Positions 49,251 through 58,889 are shown, counted from the first letter of the stretch. The stretch: 64,000 nucleotides of DNA from Candidatus Tayloriibacteriota bacterium (GCA_028286725.1 JAQBQZ010000002.1:18241-82240); one strand, 5' to 3'. Made by a program: numbers and translations. The notes: generated from the sequence alone by a model not told the origin.

Positions 49251-50492
49251 ATGCTCGATCACATCAAAATTGGATTTTTCTTAGCCAATAGACAAGTCAG
49301 ACGTGCAAGTAAATGGACAACGGGCCTTATCATCTTTGTGATGGTACTGACCTTCTTGAACCTTACTGTGGTTTCTGGAGTTCTTGTGGGACTCATTGAA
49401 TCATCGATCAAAGCGCAGAGACAATACTATACAAGCGATGTACTCCTTAGTACTCCAGACAAAAAAGAATATATTGAGAATACAAGCAACATCATTGAGA
49501 TGATTAAATCACTTCCAGAAATGCAGATGTATTCTCCGAGATATTCAGAATCGGGAACAATAGAGGCAAATTTCAAAGAAAATACAAAAGCGACTGACAA
49601 AGAAATGTCCGGAGTTGTTTTTACTGGTATTGATCCAGATGTAGAAAATAAACTCACAGGAATTTCAAAATTTATTATCGAAGGAAGTTATTTGAATGCT
49701 GATGACTTTGATCAAGTGCTCATCGGATCTCTTTTCGTAAAGAAATATAGTCCAGTAGAGGCGGCAGGATTTACAGCTCTCAATGTAAAAGCGGGCGATA
49801 AGATTCGTATTACTGTAAATGGTATAAGTCGTGAAATGACTGTTAAAGGTATCGTAAAGAGTAAAGTGAATGAAGTGAGTACGAGAGTATATCTTCCAGA
49901 AAAGCAATTCCGAGGACTTATTGGTAGAGATGATTACAATGTTGATGATATTGCGATTAAGCTCAAAGATGGGGCAGATCCGCTTGTGGTGAAAGAAGCG
50001 CTCATAAGAGCGGGTGCAGGTGACTATGCAAAGATCCAGACTTATGAAGATGCCCAGCCAAAATTCTTGAAAGACATCAAAGATACATTTGCACTTTTGG
50101 GTAACATGATAAGCTCGATCGGACTTGTGGTGGCATCGATCACAATATTTATCGTGATCTTCATCAATGCAATCACTCGAAGAAAATTTATCGGTATTAT
50201 GAAAGGTATTGGAATTCACGGAAATGTGATCGAAATATCATATGTATTCCAGTCAATGTTTTATGCGATCTGCGGATCTTTTATTGGACTTCTGATTCTC
50301 TATGGATTCCTTATTCCGTTTATTGATGCGCATCCGATAGATTTTCCGTTTAGTGATGGAATACTTGTGGCGACTGTATCAGGAACGGGGATTCGAATTG
50401 GGTTGCTCATTTTCGCTACACTTATTGCGGGATATATTCCAGCGAGAATGATTGTAAGAAAAAATACATTAGATGCTATCCTGGGTAGATAG
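49251..50492 (+). CDS. ABC transporter permease, FtsX/MacB-like (4 TM with large periplasmic domain)
   Basis: N-terminal TM, roughly 250-aa extracytoplasmic domain, then three C-terminal TM helices typical of the FtsX-like permease family. Confidence 0.7.
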   Translation: MLDHIKIGFFLANRQVRRASKWTTGLIIFVMVLTFLNLTVVSGVLVGLIESSIKAQRQYYTSDVLLSTPDKKEYIENTSNIIEMIKSLPEMQMYSPRYSESGTIEANFKENTKATDKEMSGVVFTGIDPDVENKLTGISKFIIEGSYLNADDFDQVLIGSLFVKKYSPVEAAGFTALNVKAGDKIRITVNGISREMTVKGIVKSKVNEVSTRVYLPEKQFRGLIGRDDYNVDDIAIKLKDGADPLVVKEALIRAGAGDYAKIQTYEDAQPKFLKDIKDTFALLGNMISSIGLVVASITIFIVIFINAITRRKFIGIMKGIGIHGNVIEISYVFQSMFYAICGSFIGLLILYGFLIPFIDAHPIDFPFSDGILVATVSGTGIRIGLLIFATLIAGYIPARMIVRKNTLDAILGR

Positions 50493-50539
50493 TATCGAGA
50501 ATCATCAATAACCAAACATCAAATCCTAAACAATATCCA

Positions 50540-50905
50540 ATGATTAAAGATATAAATAAATCAAAAAAGACAGAATACAATCTTGAGGAAAGAACTTTTA
50601 TATTTGCTAAATCTGTGAGAGATTTTTTAAAATTGTTGCCTAAAAATATAATTAATAATGAATATGCAAAGCAACTCATTAGATCTTCAGGATCAGTAGG
50701 CGCTAATTATATAGAAGCAAATGAATCACTGGGAAAGAAGGACTTTATTATGAGATTGAAAATTTCAAGAAAAGAAGTAAAAGAAAGTAAATATTGGCTG
50801 GATTTAATTGAGGATGATTTAGAAAATAGACGAGACTCGCTTGCAAAAGAGGCGAAGGAATTGGTTCTTATCTTTTCTGCTATTATTAGAAAATTAGAGA
50901 ATTGA
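50540..50905 (+). CDS. Four-helix-bundle protein (23S rRNA intervening-sequence protein family)
   Basis: Matches the family pattern: LPKNIINNEYAKQLIRSSGSVGANYIEANESLGKKDFIMRLKISRKEVKESKYWLDLI. Confidence 0.7.
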   Translation: MIKDINKSKKTEYNLEERTFIFAKSVRDFLKLLPKNIINNEYAKQLIRSSGSVGANYIEANESLGKKDFIMRLKISRKEVKESKYWLDLIEDDLENRRDSLAKEAKELVLIFSAIIRKLEN

Positions 50906-50952
50906 TTATTGTTTGAATATTGAGATTTGATTATTGGTTATTACATTTAGTT

Positions 50953-51615
50953 ATGATACAAACAAAAAATTTAGTTAAAACATTCATAGATGGAGACAAG
51001 CAGACTACCGTGCTTAAAGGTATTGATTTTCGTGCGGAGAGCGGAGAATTCATTGCGATCATGGGACGAAGTGGTGCAGGTAAAAGTACTTTTATGTATC
51101 AGATGTCACTTCTTGATCAGCCGACAGAAGGAGAGATAATATTGAATAATATAAGCACAAAAGGAATGACGGAGGATGAGAAGGGGCAATTTCGTTTGAA
51201 TGAGCTTGGGTATGTATTTCAAGATTATGCGCTTCTGCCGGATCTCACTGCACTTGAAAATGTTGCATTGCCACTACTCATGCTTAAGATCCCAAAACAA
51301 AAAGCTTACGAAATGGCTACAGCATCACTTGAGCGAATAGGGCTTGAAAAAAAGATAAATAATCTTCCAAGTCAGCTTTCAGGAGGAGAACAGCAGCGAG
51401 TTTCAATTTCTCGCGCGGTGGCACATAGTCCAAAGATTCTTTTCGCGGACGAACCGACTGCAAACCTTGATCATGAATCTTCAAATAAGGTAATGGAAAT
51501 ATTCAAAGAGCTTCATAAGCAGGGGCAAACCATTATCATGGTGACTCACGAAGAAGAATATGGAAGAATGGCAGAGAGAATTGTGAGGCTGGATGATGGA
51601 AGAATAATTTCATAA
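50953..51615 (+). CDS. ABC transporter ATP-binding protein (MacB/LolD-like)
   Basis: Walker [11 protein letters not shown]-loop, signature [14 protein letters not shown], Walker [14 protein letters not shown]-loop. Start at the ATG 50953 ([11 protein letters not shown]). Confidence 0.85.
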   Translation: MIQTKNLVKTFIDGDKQTTVLKGIDFRAESGEFIAIMGRSGAGKSTFMYQMSLLDQPTEGEIILNNISTKGMTEDEKGQFRLNELGYVFQDYALLPDLTALENVALPLLMLKIPKQKAYEMATASLERIGLEKKINNLPSQLSGGEQQRVSISRAVAHSPKILFADEPTANLDHESSNKVMEIFKELHKQGQTIIMVTHEEEYGRMAERIVRLDDGRIIS

Positions 51616-51623
51616 TAAATTAA

Positions 51624-51652
51624 AAGTGCGACGCCTTTGATGTCGCACTTTT
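51624..51652. terminator. Bidirectional terminator (gtgcgac-gcctttgat-gtcgcac)
   Basis: ttaaaa - hairpin - ttttaa, between the ABC ATPase (+) and mscL (-). Confidence 0.6.
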
Positions 51653-51655
51653 AAT

Positions 51656-52162
51656 TTATTTGTCTTTATTTTCTTTACTTTGTTTTTCTTCTTTCGGATC
51701 TGGTGGAAGCTCGCTTGTACACTGAGGACACTTAGTGGCGCATACTGAGATCGTAGAAACACAGAACGGACATTTCTTTGTATCAGGATCTGCAGTCGTA
51801 CCTTTCTGATCTTCATGTCGTTTTAATTTATTGATCTCTCGGATCATTATAAACACAGCAAAAGAAACGAGTACGAAATCAATGACTGCGTTAATAAACA
51901 AGCCATAGTTTATGGTAGTCACACCAGCTGCTTTTGCAGCCTCTAGTGTTGGATAGTTTTTGAAATCAAGTGCAAAAAAAAGATTTGCAAAATCAATCTT
52001 GCCCACAATGAGTCCTAAGATTGGATTAAAAATGTCAGTCACAAGTGAAGTCGTGATCTTTCCAAACGCGCCTCCAACAATAACACCCACAGCAAGATCG
52101 ATTACATTACCTCGCATTGCGAATGACTTGAATTCGTTGGCAATATTTTTTATGGTATTCAT
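51656..52162 (-). CDS. mscL: Large-conductance mechanosensitive channel with C-terminal zinc-ribbon extension
   Basis: MscL core: NVIDLAVGVIVGGAFGKITTSLVTDIFNPILG. Extra C-terminal roughly 45 aa with CPFC...CPQC. Confidence 0.8.
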   Translation of the reverse strand: MNTIKNIANEFKSFAMRGNVIDLAVGVIVGGAFGKITTSLVTDIFNPILGLIVGKIDFANLFFALDFKNYPTLEAAKAAGVTTINYGLFINAVIDFVLVSFAVFIMIREINKLKRHEDQKGTTADPDTKKCPFCVSTISVCATKCPQCTSELPPDPKEEKQSKENKDK

Positions 52163-52333
52163 CCTAGTAAAAAGTTAATTGCTAATGTCTAATTTGTAAT
52201 ATTATATTATAAATATATAAATTCACTCGTCTCTTCGGCGCTCTTCTTTTTAAGAGGACAAGTATTTACTTTTTCCTATTTAATAAAGGTTACCTTTGTT
52301 TCAACTGCACTCAGACGTCATAAGTGAGATTAC

Positions 52334-52942
52334 TCACTCAAGCGATCTTCGCTTGTTGAAAAAAAATTCTTTTAATACGGGGAGAGTCGATAAAATGAGA
52401 ATGAGTACGATAACGGGGAAGAGGTATCTGTCTGGATTTGGAATAACACTTCCAAAGAAGTATCCTCCTAATAGCAAACCTCCTACCCATAATACGCCTC
52501 CAATGACATTATATCTTAGGAATGTACTGTATTCCATTTGTCCTACTCCCGCAAGTATTGGGGTGAATGTGCGGACGATCGGCATAAATCGGGCAAGAAT
52601 GATGGCTTTTTTGCCATACTGTTCAAAGAATTTATGAGATTTTTGAATATGATCTTTATTCCAAAAGAACGAATGCTCCTTGATAAAAAGTTTCGGTCCG
52701 ATCTTTTTTCCAAATGCGTATCCAATACTATCTCCAAGGATTGCAGCCACGATGCTTCCAAGTAGAAGCGGGGTAAGAGACAGAATATTTTGAGATGAGA
52801 GAAGTCCTGCGGTGAAAAGAAGTGTATCTCCCGGAAGAAAGAATCCAAAGAAAAGCCCAGACTCGGCAAAGACAAGGGTAAATATGCCAACAAGTCCGAG
52901 TGTTTCAATGATGAATTTTGGGTCGAGGTATTGTGAGATCAT
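52334..52942 (-). CDS. DedA-family membrane protein
   Basis: FFGFFLPGDTLLFTAGLL DedA/SNARE-associated motif, 202 aa, polytopic. Confidence 0.75.
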   Translation of the reverse strand: MISQYLDPKFIIETLGLVGIFTLVFAESGLFFGFFLPGDTLLFTAGLLSSQNILSLTPLLLGSIVAAILGDSIGYAFGKKIGPKLFIKEHSFFWNKDHIQKSHKFFEQYGKKAIILARFMPIVRTFTPILAGVGQMEYSTFLRYNVIGGVLWVGGLLLGGYFFGSVIPNPDRYLFPVIVLILILSTLPVLKEFFFNKRRSLE

Positions 52943-53099
52943 ATGTCGGATTAAATTTTTAAAATATTATCTTGTACGTGTAGACATGATGACACATTAT
53001 CAAGTATCAGTATAGGGGTTTTGTAATATATTTATTTCAAATCTGATGTTAAGATGAATAAGTCATTTTTTTTTAAACAGATTTACATCTTTAACACAC

Positions 53100-56000
53100 A
53101 TGAATAAACAAAATATCAAATTTACATTATTTATTTTTTTATTCATATTCTCAACATTTTTAATAACAAAAAATGTAAATGCGTTTACTATAGATACTGG
53201 CGCAGTTCCTATCAGCGGTTCGTCACAGTGGCCATCAAACTTTACTGCTACGCTTTCAAGCTCTACAGGTATTCAGTATCAGATGTCACGAAATATTCGA
53301 ATCGGCTCTCCCTCTATCAAACTCCTTTATGTGAACAATGAACCATATTCGATTACATTCCAAGCGTCTGTGCGAAAGAGTTTTGCTGGTACGCCAGAAA
53401 TGGTGTTGTTCAACGGTTCTTCAACTGTGACAATGCCGGCCTATAGTGCCACTACATCAGATGCTCTAAGCTTTGCTGTAAATGCTGGTGATATTATTTA
53501 TGATAGATCTTTCTTTGCCACTCCGCCAAACGGAACTCTTTCGTCTTCTATTATTAGTTCAACATATAATCCAGAAGGTATTTCGACCAGTGGATCCGTT
53601 AACGGAGCAAATATGTTGCAAGGTTATGTTAATACATCATCGAGTCGATTGCTTGAAACGAGTAAAACATTTGAAAAAGATCTGCCGCTTGCTTCTCTCA
53701 GTCAGTTCGTTTTTTCTGCCTATGCTGTCGTCGGGGTTCCGGTTGGAACAACTACACGGTTCACTACGATTGTGGGGGACAGTAAATCTGTTTTTGCCTC
53801 AAATGACAAATCGAGTGCTTCTGGTGTGAACTGGGTAACAAATGGTATGAAGTATGTGACAGGTGCTCCATATCAGAACTTGGCTGTAAGTGGAGATACA
53901 CTTCAGGGTTTCTTGTTAAATACATCGAGTGCGCTTCTACGACAATCGCTCTTGGCTTTTGGAGGTGATGTAGTGAATCATTATGGTACGAATTCAGTAG
54001 ATAACGCTGCTGACCCTGCCACAGCAGCAACAATTGAGCTTGGGTATGTAAATCAGCTACGCAACCTTCTTACAGGTGATCAGCGTTTATTTCAAGCCAC
54101 ACTTGATCCAGCGGCAACAAAGAGTTCTAGCTCAAGTTGGGCTACGATTACTCCTGCCGATCAATCACCGGCAGGAGATAATCATAACGGTATAGCAACT
54201 GCTCTCTATTTAAGTAATTTACTTAGAACCGTTAAGTATTCATATATTGATGGTGTTATTGATCTTGCTTCAGCAACTGTTGATTCAAATGGATATTGGA
54301 AGGCTAACATGACTTCAGATGGTATTCATCAAAATGGAAATGCTAACACACTTCAAGGCGCAGTGTTTTCTTCTGTGTGGCCAGTTCCGAATCTTGTATT
54401 GGCAGCCTCTTCAGTTACATCATCGGTTTCTACTTCTACTGCGACAGTTACATGGAGTACCAATGCCTCATCTTCATCATTTGTGAGATATGGATTAAAT
54501 AGTAATTATGCCACAGGTACAACAACTGAGATTGATACTTCATCAAGAGTAACTAGCCACTCGGTGACATTGACAGGCCTCACTCCAAGTACCACATATC
54601 ACTTTCAGACCAACTCTAAACAATACAGCGAAAGTGGTCCATTATATTTGCGTCTTAATCAGGCAACGAGTTCTGATATGACTTTCACAACTTCAGCTCT
54701 GCCAGCCCCGGTTATTTCTTCAATCGCGACATCCACTACACAGACAGCTGCAACAATCACTTGGACAACAGATCAGAATGCGAGTTCAACAGTAAATTAT
54801 GGAGCCTCAAGTTCGTATGGAACAGCATCGACTTCAGATACGCTAACGATGAGTCATACAATTATTCTTACAGGACTTAGTGCGGGAACTACGTATCATT
54901 TTCAAGTAGGTGGAGGAAACAATGTAGGAACAGTTTCTGTATCAGGTGATATGGTTCTGGTCACGTCCTCTCTTCCTGCGGTCCCTTCTGTTGTTAGTAC
55001 CGACAACGCTTCTTCAATTGGAACATCGACTGCTACGTTAAATGCGACAATTATAGCTGATGGAAATGCTTCTTCAACAATTAGAGGTTTCAATATGGGA
55101 CTTACAACATCTTATGACACAACAACTACTGAAAACGGAACATTTGGTTTAGGATCGTATTCTGCGAGTGTTACTAGTCTCACTCCAAACACTCTTTATC
55201 ACTACCGTGCATATTCAACAAACTCAGCGGGAACGAGTTATGGGTCTGATGCGACTTTCACAACTTCGGCTCTACCGGTTCCAGTAATCTCCTCAATCGC
55301 TACCTCTACAACCCAAACAACCGCAACAATCACTTGGACAACAGATCAGAATGCGAGTTCAACAGTAAATTATGGAGCCTCAAGTTCGTATGGAACAGCA
55401 TCGACTTCAGATACGCTAACGATGAGTCATACAATTTCGCTTGCGGGACTTAGTCCAAATACTGTGTATCACTATCAAGTGGCGGGTTCAAATAATTTTG
55501 GAATTTTTTCTAGCTCTAATGATTCAACATTTACCACTGTTGCACTTGCTGCTGTAAAACCAACATTAACTACTGATAGTGCTTCTTCTGTGGCAACGTC
55601 ATCAGTGGTGTTAAACGGAACTATCACAGTTGATGGAAATGCAGCTTCGACTGTTAGAGGGTTCAATATCGGTCTCACATCGTCTTACGGCGCGACAACA
55701 ACACAAAGTGGTACATTTGGTCTAGGATCATATTCTGCGAGTGTTACTAGTCTCACTCCAAACACTCTTTATCACTATCGAGCTTATTCAACAAACTCAG
55801 CGGGGACTAGTTATGGACCTGATGCGACCGTCACGACACTTTCACTATCTGTCGATACTACGGTTCCAGCAGTCACAATGAATTATCCAACATACGGAGT
55901 AACACTCAGTGGCACAATCATCGCTTCATCAACTCCGACAGATAATATCGGTGTTGCAGGAGTGACGTTTTATGTTGACGATGTTCAGGTAGGTTCTGAA

Positions 56001-57320
56001 ATTACATCCGCTCCATACTCAGTCTCAGTGGATACGACAGCACTGACAAATGAAACACATTCAATACGTGCTCAAGTTCGAGATACATCAAACAATACTG
56101 CATATTCAATATATGAAATATTTACCGTATCAAACGTGGGGCCGACTCCGACACTCATAAGTGCTACGTCTACTAATACTACCGCCGTTATTACATGGCA
56201 TACAACTACTGCGGCTTCTTCACTGGTACAATATGGCGCAACATCTTCATATGTGCTTACAAGTTCAGAGTCTGACACGGTGTCAAAAGTACAAAACCAT
56301 TCAGTAACTATCTCTGGTCTTAATGCGTGTACGCTCTATCACTATGCCGTTTCGGGAACAACTGCAACACTGACAACAGTATCAAGTTCGGATTACACCT
56401 TCTATACTACAGGTTGTACCGGATCTTCGTCTGTCACATCTTCAACAGAGCAGAGTGTGACAACATCAGGTGGGGCCAGTTTTACTCAAGATGATATCAG
56501 TGTTACTGTCCCATCAAACTTTACCGCAACATCATCGTCTGCTGTATTTCAGGCATTAAAATTGGATAGTGCATTATTCTTTAATACAACTCCTGTGCCG
56601 GCAGGTAAGGCGAGTGCAGGAACGTCGGTCTTCAATTTGAAAGCGGTCTTGGATGATAATAGTTTGCTTACAACATTCAATCAGCCGATTTCAGTTACTC
56701 TTGCTTACGAGGACTCAGATATTGCAAATCTTCAACCTTCTTCACTTTGGATATATCGTTATGATGGATCTACATGGACTGCACTCTCGAACTGTTCAAT
56801 CGATACAAATGCAAAGACGGTAACTTGTACAACAACACATTTCTCAGATTTCGCACTTTTCGGTAGCGCTACATCAAATGTTTCAAATAATGTGTCGGTC
56901 AGTTCATCAGGCGGCTCATCTGTTGGGGGTATTGTTTATGCATGTAAAGATCCTAACGCTACAAATTACACATTTTTTGGAGCTAGCAACCCAAGCTTGT
57001 GCACATATAGTGCTCCAGTAGCGAATTCTTCTACAACTGTTGCCGCTCAACCAATAACTACTTTTGCTCAAAACTTAAATTCTGGTATAACGAATGCTGA
57101 TGTTAAGAAGTTGCAGATATTTCTAAACAGTCATGGATTTAGCGTGGCGCTTACAGGAGTTGGTTCAATTGGGCATGAAACAACTTTCTTTGGTCCTGCA
57201 ACAAAACTCGCAATACAAAAATTCCAGCTTAAATACGGTGTGGTTAAGAGTTCAAAAGAATCAGGATATGGATCTTTTGGACCAAAAACAAGAAGTAAGA
57301 TGAATGAGTTGTCGAAATAG
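53100..57320 (+). CDS. Giant cell-surface protein: signal peptide, multiple FN3-like repeats, Big-like region, C-terminal PG_binding_1 domain
   Basis: 1406 aa. Repeated WTT(D/N)...Y(G/R)...YH(F/Y)(Q/R) FN3 signatures. The C-terminal TNADVKKLQIFLNSHGFSVALTGVGSIGHETTFFGPATKLAIQKFQ is paralogous to the C-terminus of 4456..7491. Confidence 0.7.
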   Translation: MNKQNIKFTLFIFLFIFSTFLITKNVNAFTIDTGAVPISGSSQWPSNFTATLSSSTGIQYQMSRNIRIGSPSIKLLYVNNEPYSITFQASVRKSFAGTPEMVLFNGSSTVTMPAYSATTSDALSFAVNAGDIIYDRSFFATPPNGTLSSSIISSTYNPEGISTSGSVNGANMLQGYVNTSSSRLLETSKTFEKDLPLASLSQFVFSAYAVVGVPVGTTTRFTTIVGDSKSVFASNDKSSASGVNWVTNGMKYVTGAPYQNLAVSGDTLQGFLLNTSSALLRQSLLAFGGDVVNHYGTNSVDNAADPATAATIELGYVNQLRNLLTGDQRLFQATLDPAATKSSSSSWATITPADQSPAGDNHNGIATALYLSNLLRTVKYSYIDGVIDLASATVDSNGYWKANMTSDGIHQNGNANTLQGAVFSSVWPVPNLVLAASSVTSSVSTSTATVTWSTNASSSSFVRYGLNSNYATGTTTEIDTSSRVTSHSVTLTGLTPSTTYHFQTNSKQYSESGPLYLRLNQATSSDMTFTTSALPAPVISSIATSTTQTAATITWTTDQNASSTVNYGASSSYGTASTSDTLTMSHTIILTGLSAGTTYHFQVGGGNNVGTVSVSGDMVLVTSSLPAVPSVVSTDNASSIGTSTATLNATIIADGNASSTIRGFNMGLTTSYDTTTTENGTFGLGSYSASVTSLTPNTLYHYRAYSTNSAGTSYGSDATFTTSALPVPVISSIATSTTQTTATITWTTDQNASSTVNYGASSSYGTASTSDTLTMSHTISLAGLSPNTVYHYQVAGSNNFGIFSSSNDSTFTTVALAAVKPTLTTDSASSVATSSVVLNGTITVDGNAASTVRGFNIGLTSSYGATTTQSGTFGLGSYSASVTSLTPNTLYHYRAYSTNSAGTSYGPDATVTTLSLSVDTTVPAVTMNYPTYGVTLSGTIIASSTPTDNIGVAGVTFYVDDVQVGSEITSAPYSVSVDTTALTNETHSIRAQVRDTSNNTAYSIYEIFTVSNVGPTPTLISATSTNTTAVITWHTTTAASSLVQYGATSSYVLTSSESDTVSKVQNHSVTISGLNACTLYHYAVSGTTATLTTVSSSDYTFYTTGCTGSSSVTSSTEQSVTTSGGASFTQDDISVTVPSNFTATSSSAVFQALKLDSALFFNTTPVPAGKASAGTSVFNLKAVLDDNSLLTTFNQPISVTLAYEDSDIANLQPSSLWIYRYDGSTWTALSNCSIDTNAKTVTCTTTHFSDFALFGSATSNVSNNVSVSSSGGSSVGGIVYACKDPNATNYTFFGASNPSLCTYSAPVANSSTTVAAQPITTFAQNLNSGITNADVKKLQIFLNSHGFSVALTGVGSIGHETTFFGPATKLAIQKFQLKYGVVKSSKESGYGSFGPKTRSKMNELSK
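54686..55831 (+). repeat. In-frame tandem duplication (2 x 573 bp = 2 x 191 aa) inside the giant surface gene
   Basis: Copy 1 is 54686-55258 and copy 2 is 55259-55831. Cores of 100 nt or more are identical or nearly so (for example atcacttggacaacagatcagaatgcgagttcaacagtaaattatggagcctcaagttcgtatggaacagcatcgacttcagatacgctaacgatgagtcatacaatt in both). Confidence 0.7.
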
Positions 57321-57333
57321 AAATAGGTAAATT

Positions 57334-57371
57334 AAAAACCTCTTCCTGTTTAAACAGGAAGAGGTTTTTAA
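57334..57371. terminator. Bidirectional terminator (aaaacctcttcctgtttaaacaggaagaggtttt)
   Basis: Perfect 13-bp stem flanked by A- and T-runs, between the surface gene (+) and the CYTH gene (-). Confidence 0.65.
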
Positions 57372-57388
57372 TTTTATTTGTTTCTGAA

Positions 57389-57934
57389 CTAAAAATTCAT
57401 ATTAAACCAATCAAGGTTATAAACATCTTGAACTAGAGTCCTTTCACCGTCGGCCCAAGTTTTATTGTTTTCGATTCCGAGTAATTTCATAGCTTCGTTT
57501 ACGTGAAGAGCGCTTTGGCCTTCGATCTCAATAAATGCAGGCATTTGAGGATATTCATCTATATCAAATTGCCAATCCTTGAGAATAAAAGATGTCCGAT
57601 ATTTTTCTTGATGTGCATAAATTTCAAGCTCAATTTCTTCAAAGAGATCAGCAAGTTTTTCTGGTTCATCGATCATAAAATTGATCTCTTTATGTTTTCG
57701 GACATTGCCTTCTACAACTGATTTTGCTTTCCATGTGACCTCGTGTTTATCGTTATTGTATGATCTTATTCGAAGATACCAAGGATCATTTCCTGCGGTC
57801 ACACCCACTTTTCTGAACCAGTTGACAGTAAGCTTGGTTCTTTCTCCTTTCTCCTCAGCTCCCAGTTCTTTTAATTTTGAAATGATATTATCTTTGTTAA
57901 TATCCAATACTTTTGTTTCGATTTCTTGTGCCAT
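57389..57934 (-). CDS. CYTH-domain protein (triphosphate tunnel metalloenzyme; CyaB/ThTPase-like)
   Basis: N-terminal EIETKV (ExExK) motif and a size and acidic/basic pattern typical of CYTH. 181 aa. Confidence 0.65.
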   Translation of the reverse strand: MAQEIETKVLDINKDNIISKLKELGAEEKGERTKLTVNWFRKVGVTAGNDPWYLRIRSYNNDKHEVTWKAKSVVEGNVRKHKEINFMIDEPEKLADLFEEIELEIYAHQEKYRTSFILKDWQFDIDEYPQMPAFIEIEGQSALHVNEAMKLLGIENNKTWADGERTLVQDVYNLDWFNMNF

Positions 57935-57944
57935 ATTATTTTAA

Positions 57945-58319
57945 TTAATTATTCTTGTTCATTACCTGGATATCAAATCCAAATTTACTTTTAATATCAA
58001 TGAGTGCTGTTTTCAAACCGTATTGATCAAATCCTAAAGCTATAATATCTGGCTTAGCTATTTTTATCGCTGTCCATTCATTGAGTGTTTTATCTCCTTC
58101 TAATACTTCAACCGCGATATTTAACTGTCTGAGTGCCTCCATCCTTTCTTTTATGTTATGAATAGGATTCTTACCTTTTCTTTGGAGCGCACTTTCATCT
58201 GATGATACTGATATGTAGAGATGTCCTAGCTTTTTTGCTTCGGTTAGAAAATAAAGATGTCCCGGGTGGAGACGGTCAAAAGTACCGAAAACAAGGACCT
58301 TTTTTGAGTTACTTTTCAT
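57945..58319 (-). CDS. Cytidylyltransferase-fold nucleotidyltransferase, RibL/TagD-like (archaeal-type FMN adenylyltransferase-like)
   Basis: VLVFGTFDRLHPGHLYFL (HxGH nucleotidyltransferase motif) and KPDIIALGFDQ closely resemble archaeal RibL (AGTFDILHPGH ... KPDIIVLGPDQ). 124 aa, 10 nt upstream of the CYTH gene. Confidence 0.65.
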   Translation of the reverse strand: MKSNSKKVLVFGTFDRLHPGHLYFLTEAKKLGHLYISVSSDESALQRKGKNPIHNIKERMEALRQLNIAVEVLEGDKTLNEWTAIKIAKPDIIALGFDQYGLKTALIDIKSKFGFDIQVMNKNN

Positions 58320-58368
58320 ACCTACATTATAAAGGCGAATTCAAAGTCTATATATTGACATATATGTA

Positions 58369-58809
58369 TTGTTGATGTATTGTAACTTTATGAAAAAGTT
58401 CTTTCGCAATTTGTCGTTTCGGTTTCGGAAATTCCTCCTTGTTCGTCAAATCAGAAAGGATATGATCGAGCGAGCTCTGCAAAAAAATCCTAACTCAGGT
58501 GAATTGGAGTTTATGAAGGAAGTTGCCACTGATGCTGGGGTATTCTTGATTAGTACCATCAAAAAGACGATGGCAGATTATCAAGATTTGGTCAGCCAGA
58601 TTCTGCGGGCGCCGCAGGTCACTCCGGATGATCTCACTAATCTTGCGAGACTTTTGGGGGAGAATAAAGCAGGTCTCTTGGCACCCCAGGGGAAAATCAA
58701 ATCAACTCCAGGTTTTGACGAGGTTGTCGCTGATGCTCTGCAACAGTATGACGACCTTATTTCTCGGCTTCAAACCCGAGCTGAGGCGATCAAATCTTTT
58801 CGACCCTAA
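58369..58809 (+). CDS. Hypothetical protein
   Basis: 146-aa ORF (possibly starting at MKKFF, 58390) followed by a terminator. No motif recognised. Confidence 0.4.
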   Translation: MLMYCNFMKKFFRNLSFRFRKFLLVRQIRKDMIERALQKNPNSGELEFMKEVATDAGVFLISTIKKTMADYQDLVSQILRAPQVTPDDLTNLARLLGENKAGLLAPQGKIKSTPGFDEVVADALQQYDDLISRLQTRAEAIKSFRP

Positions 58810-58828
58810 ACCACAACCTTTTACCTAA

Positions 58829-58860
58829 AGCCAAGAAAGAAATCTTTCTTGGCTTTTTTA
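58829..58860 (+). terminator. Rho-independent terminator
   Basis: aagccaagaaagaaa-tc-tttctttcttggctt followed by tttttaatt. Confidence 0.6.
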
Positions 58861-58889
58861 ATTGTCATGGTAGACTATCGTTACAACAA

